This document shows, in pieces, positions 60,781-64,000 of a DNA stretch of 64,000 bases (position 1 is the first letter of the stretch; every line of letters begins with the position of its first letter). The position numbers and the translations under genes are program-made. The DNA comes from Squalus acanthias. Taxonomy: Eukaryota. Below the pieces are notes generated by a model that saw only the letters and a program-made list of their open reading frames with translations, had not been told where the DNA came from and did no database searches. The stretch covers positions 97,030,001 through 97,094,000 of the forward strand of contig CM059433.1 in the NCBI GenBank assembly GCA_030390025.1, in the 5' to 3' direction.

Positions 60781-63309
60781 ACACAGATCTATGAATAAAT
60801 AAAAAAAAATGCACACGTGTTTGAACTCAGGAACACAACAAAGCTGCTTTAACCATTTAAGTTATTAAAGGGAAATGGCACAATTATTGCTTTGCAACAT
60901 GCCATCTCTCTATGACCACGTTTCCTTTTGGAGTATCAGAAAAGGCAATATCAAAGTGATTTTGTTTGTGGTTTTAATTAATCAAGAATGTATTGTTGAG
61001 AAAAATCACATTACTTGGTTGCATTCATCTGTTAACTATATCTATCATTTTTCTTAATCGAATTTGAAATGTTCCACTGCTCAACGCAGTTACACGGTTG
61101 CAATGGTTTGAAGGGGTAGTGCATTTATTGAAATGGTGATTTTAGCCAGACAACAGTGGTAGAAAAGACCACTGATCATTTCTGTCCTAGAACAAGTGTG
61201 TGGTGACGTTTGGATTTTAAACACTATTGTTCTTCTTCTCGGCAGGTTTTACGGTAAATTGCATGATGTAAAATGAACATGGTGAAATCGACTGAAGCAT
61301 TAAAACAAATTGAATGAAAGTTCTGTGTGCGTTTTGTTTAACCTCACCCCGACTGAATTGAATTCTCTTCAACAAAACTGCACCTTACTTCGTGCTGGGC
61401 TTCAATTTCAAGTATAACAAATGCTAATTTTATCCTGAATATGGACTTGTCTTTTTGGTTGTCTTTACATTAAAGCTGATTCATTGTACCTCCAGCCAGT
61501 AGGAGCGATGAAATGTAATAGATCTTTCATACTCATTATGTTTTATTTAAACAGTCTGTGCGTTAATTGCTGAGAAACCACTTATAAACACATCAGAATT
61601 AAAATATTGCAATCTTTCGCTACTAATAATATTTGAAAATATTACATCGATTTTAAAAACAGGTATGATTAACTGAAGTCGTTTTCACATTAATAACTTT
61701 TAATATGAATTCATCAAAATGGAAAATGCAGCTTTAATCGAAGCAATGTATTCATCGCTGGTGTAATACTGAATTGTACGTTTTTGTAAAAGAGAAAAAG
61801 GTTGATTTTCACTCTTGCGATTTGAGATTAATGCTGGACTATCTAACCTCACGAAGATCTGAGTAAAAGGTTAATGAAAAGACTGAACTTCAGCAGTCCC
61901 AGCTGAACACAGTAGCAGGAGACCTGGGAGAACGGTTCACTAAAAGCAGCTCTCTAGATCTCAGGCAGGCAGGAATTTGAAGGGATAATTTGACTCGGGA
62001 ATCCCGGGACAGATTCTAACCCAGTGCAAATCCAAATCCTAAGGGGTGTCTGTGCTTTAAAATAAACCTTACAGTGCGCTCTGAATATTAATTTTAAAGT
62101 TTTAAACTGCACCAATCGCCCAGGGTCAGCATTTAATGTGATAAAAGGAGGTCAATTATTATTCACTTTCCGAGCTGAGATACTCGAATGGCGGATTGCA
62201 GCAAATGTGGTTTCTACCTGTCAAGTTGAGCAGGCACGTGATTGTATATTTTATCCTTGAAATGCTTTTTGACGATTATCACCTGAGAAAAAAACGTGTA
62301 ACGTCATTTTGGAAGACGTGATAGAGAGCCTTAGATTTTTAAAAACAATTTTGCATTTCTATTCTAAGTTCTTTCCAACTGTTTATATTGCCAGTGTATA
62401 ATATTATTGTTCTCGCTTTCCTCTTCCTGCCACGCTACATCTTCCATTAAGTGGGCAGGACTGCAGCCTACAGCAAGGCATTGGCTAATGCTGCCCCATT
62501 ACCAGCTACTGAGGTACCTGCGAATGGCGTTGCATGACTCTCCCTCTGGTTCTCTTTCCTCCATCTGCCTCTTTCTCTGCTCAGTGTATCCTGACAAAGG
62601 CACAGTGGAAGATTCTCTCACCAGCAGGGGCAAATTTGCATTTCTACCACTCCAGGTCCCCACGCAATCCCTTGAACCTTGTGATATTATATTTCCTTAA
62701 TTTTTCTCTGATCCCGTACACTTGAAAATAAATACAAAAAAAATAAAAGGAATGGGAAAAGAGAAGGAATTCGGGTAGATAGCTCCACCAGCAGAGCACA
62801 GTGGGCCGAATTGTCCCCTGTACTGACAGTTCTGATTCTAATCTGGCTATTTTCAGATCAGAATGTACAGATTTAGTCATTTGTCAACCACTGCTCTCAT
62901 ATGCCAATGACACTGTTATACCTGTTACCTTGCACTGGTATTCATTACTGATTGAGAAAACAGCCAACTTGATGTGAAGCACTGTCAGCCAATTTCATAA
63001 GTGAAAGCAAAACAACTGCACGTTTACTGCATAAAATAATGTATGATTACGGAATGAATCATGGAAATGTATGGGAATTAATTTTTTGCTAGTTTTTAGT
63101 TTGTATGTGCATGAGTAACAATAACTTTGGAATTAATTCCTGGCTATCTCTTATTCTATATTATTAACAGAGGTAACATTGGAATGCACAGAACTGAAAA
63201 AGGCCACTGTGGGTCCAATCAATTCAATTAGCTATCTTTGCATATTGGATCAATAGGTTAAATTGATAAAAAGGAGCATGAAGGAGAAATGTGTTAAAGA
63301 GCAAATATA

Positions 63310-63939
63310 TATTTCATCTCAAAGTGGCTGGAATATAAAGGGGTGGAAGTTATGCTACAGTTTTATAAAGCTGTAGTTAGACCACATCTGGAGTATTGCG
63401 TTCAGTTCTGGGCACTGCACCCCAGGGAGAATATATTGACCTTGGAAGGGGTGCAGCGCAGATTAACAGAATGACACTGGGGCTAAATGGGTTGAATTAT
63501 GAGGTCAAGTTTCATAGACTAGGTTTATTTTCCCTTGAGTATAGAAGATTAAGGAGTGATCTAATTGAGGTGTTTAAGATGATTAAAGGATTTGCTAGAG
63601 CAGTTAAAGAGAAACTATTTCCTCTGGTGGGGAGGCCTGAACAAGGGGGCATAACCTTAAAATTAGAGCTAGGCCATTCAGGGGTGATATCAGGAAGCAC
63701 TTTTCACACAAAGAGTAGTGGACATTTGGAACTCTCTTCCCCTAAAAAGCTGTAGAGGCTAGGTCAATTGAAAATGTAAAAACTGAGATTGATAGATTTT
63801 GTATGGTAAGGGTATTAAGGGGTATGGAACTAAGGTGAATAAAAAGAGTTAAGATACAGATCAGCCATGATGTAATTGAATAGTGGTGCAACAGGCTTGA
63901 GGGGCTAAATGGCCCACTCCTGTTTCTATGTTCCTCTAT
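63310..63939 (+). mobile_element. CR1 LINE 3' fragment
   Basis: YKAVVRPHLEYCVQFW...LGLFSLEYRRLRSDLIEVFKMIKG; tail gatcagccatgat...aatggcccactcctgtttctatgttcc. Confidence 0.9.
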
Positions 63940-64000
63940 AGTACGTGAACACAGCTCTCAGAAAAATCTCAAAATGATTCATACAATAAATTGTCATAAT

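Noticed and set aside
1-64000. CRISPR arrays, operons or other prokaryotic systems; remaining short ORFs
   Set aside because: Eukaryotic intron-exon locus with no repeat-spacer arrays; the other ORFs are short, low-complexity, antisense to exons or TE-derived.

Overview
Vertebrate genomic DNA from a cartilaginous fish, most likely a shark, judged from HE1/V-SINE, SacSINE1-like Deu-SINE and shark-type CR1 repeats recognised by eye. The + strand carries coding exons 2-7 of tfap2b (AP-2 beta): 122-571, 8933-8993, 23139-23355, 24888-25006, 28799-28940 and 32843-33140. All splice sites are GT-AG and in phase (1287 nt, 428 aa plus stop); exon 1 lies upstream of the window. A probably long 3' UTR and a gene-free, repeat-rich downstream region follow. 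Main hypotheses: (1) a near full-length ORF1-less LINE with a tRNA-type Pol III head and almost no T4 terminators; (2) a same-family LINE inserted antisense into it, creating interlocking ~550-bp inverted repeats; (3) a double-tailed chimeric V-SINE subfamily that appears to have switched LINE partner; (4) a candidate poison exon in tfap2b intron 3; (5) a CpG-retaining domain over the gene ending near 39.8 kb; (6) LF-SINE-like relics and enhancer-like blocks with AP-2 sites. Repeat family names come from recall, not from a database search.
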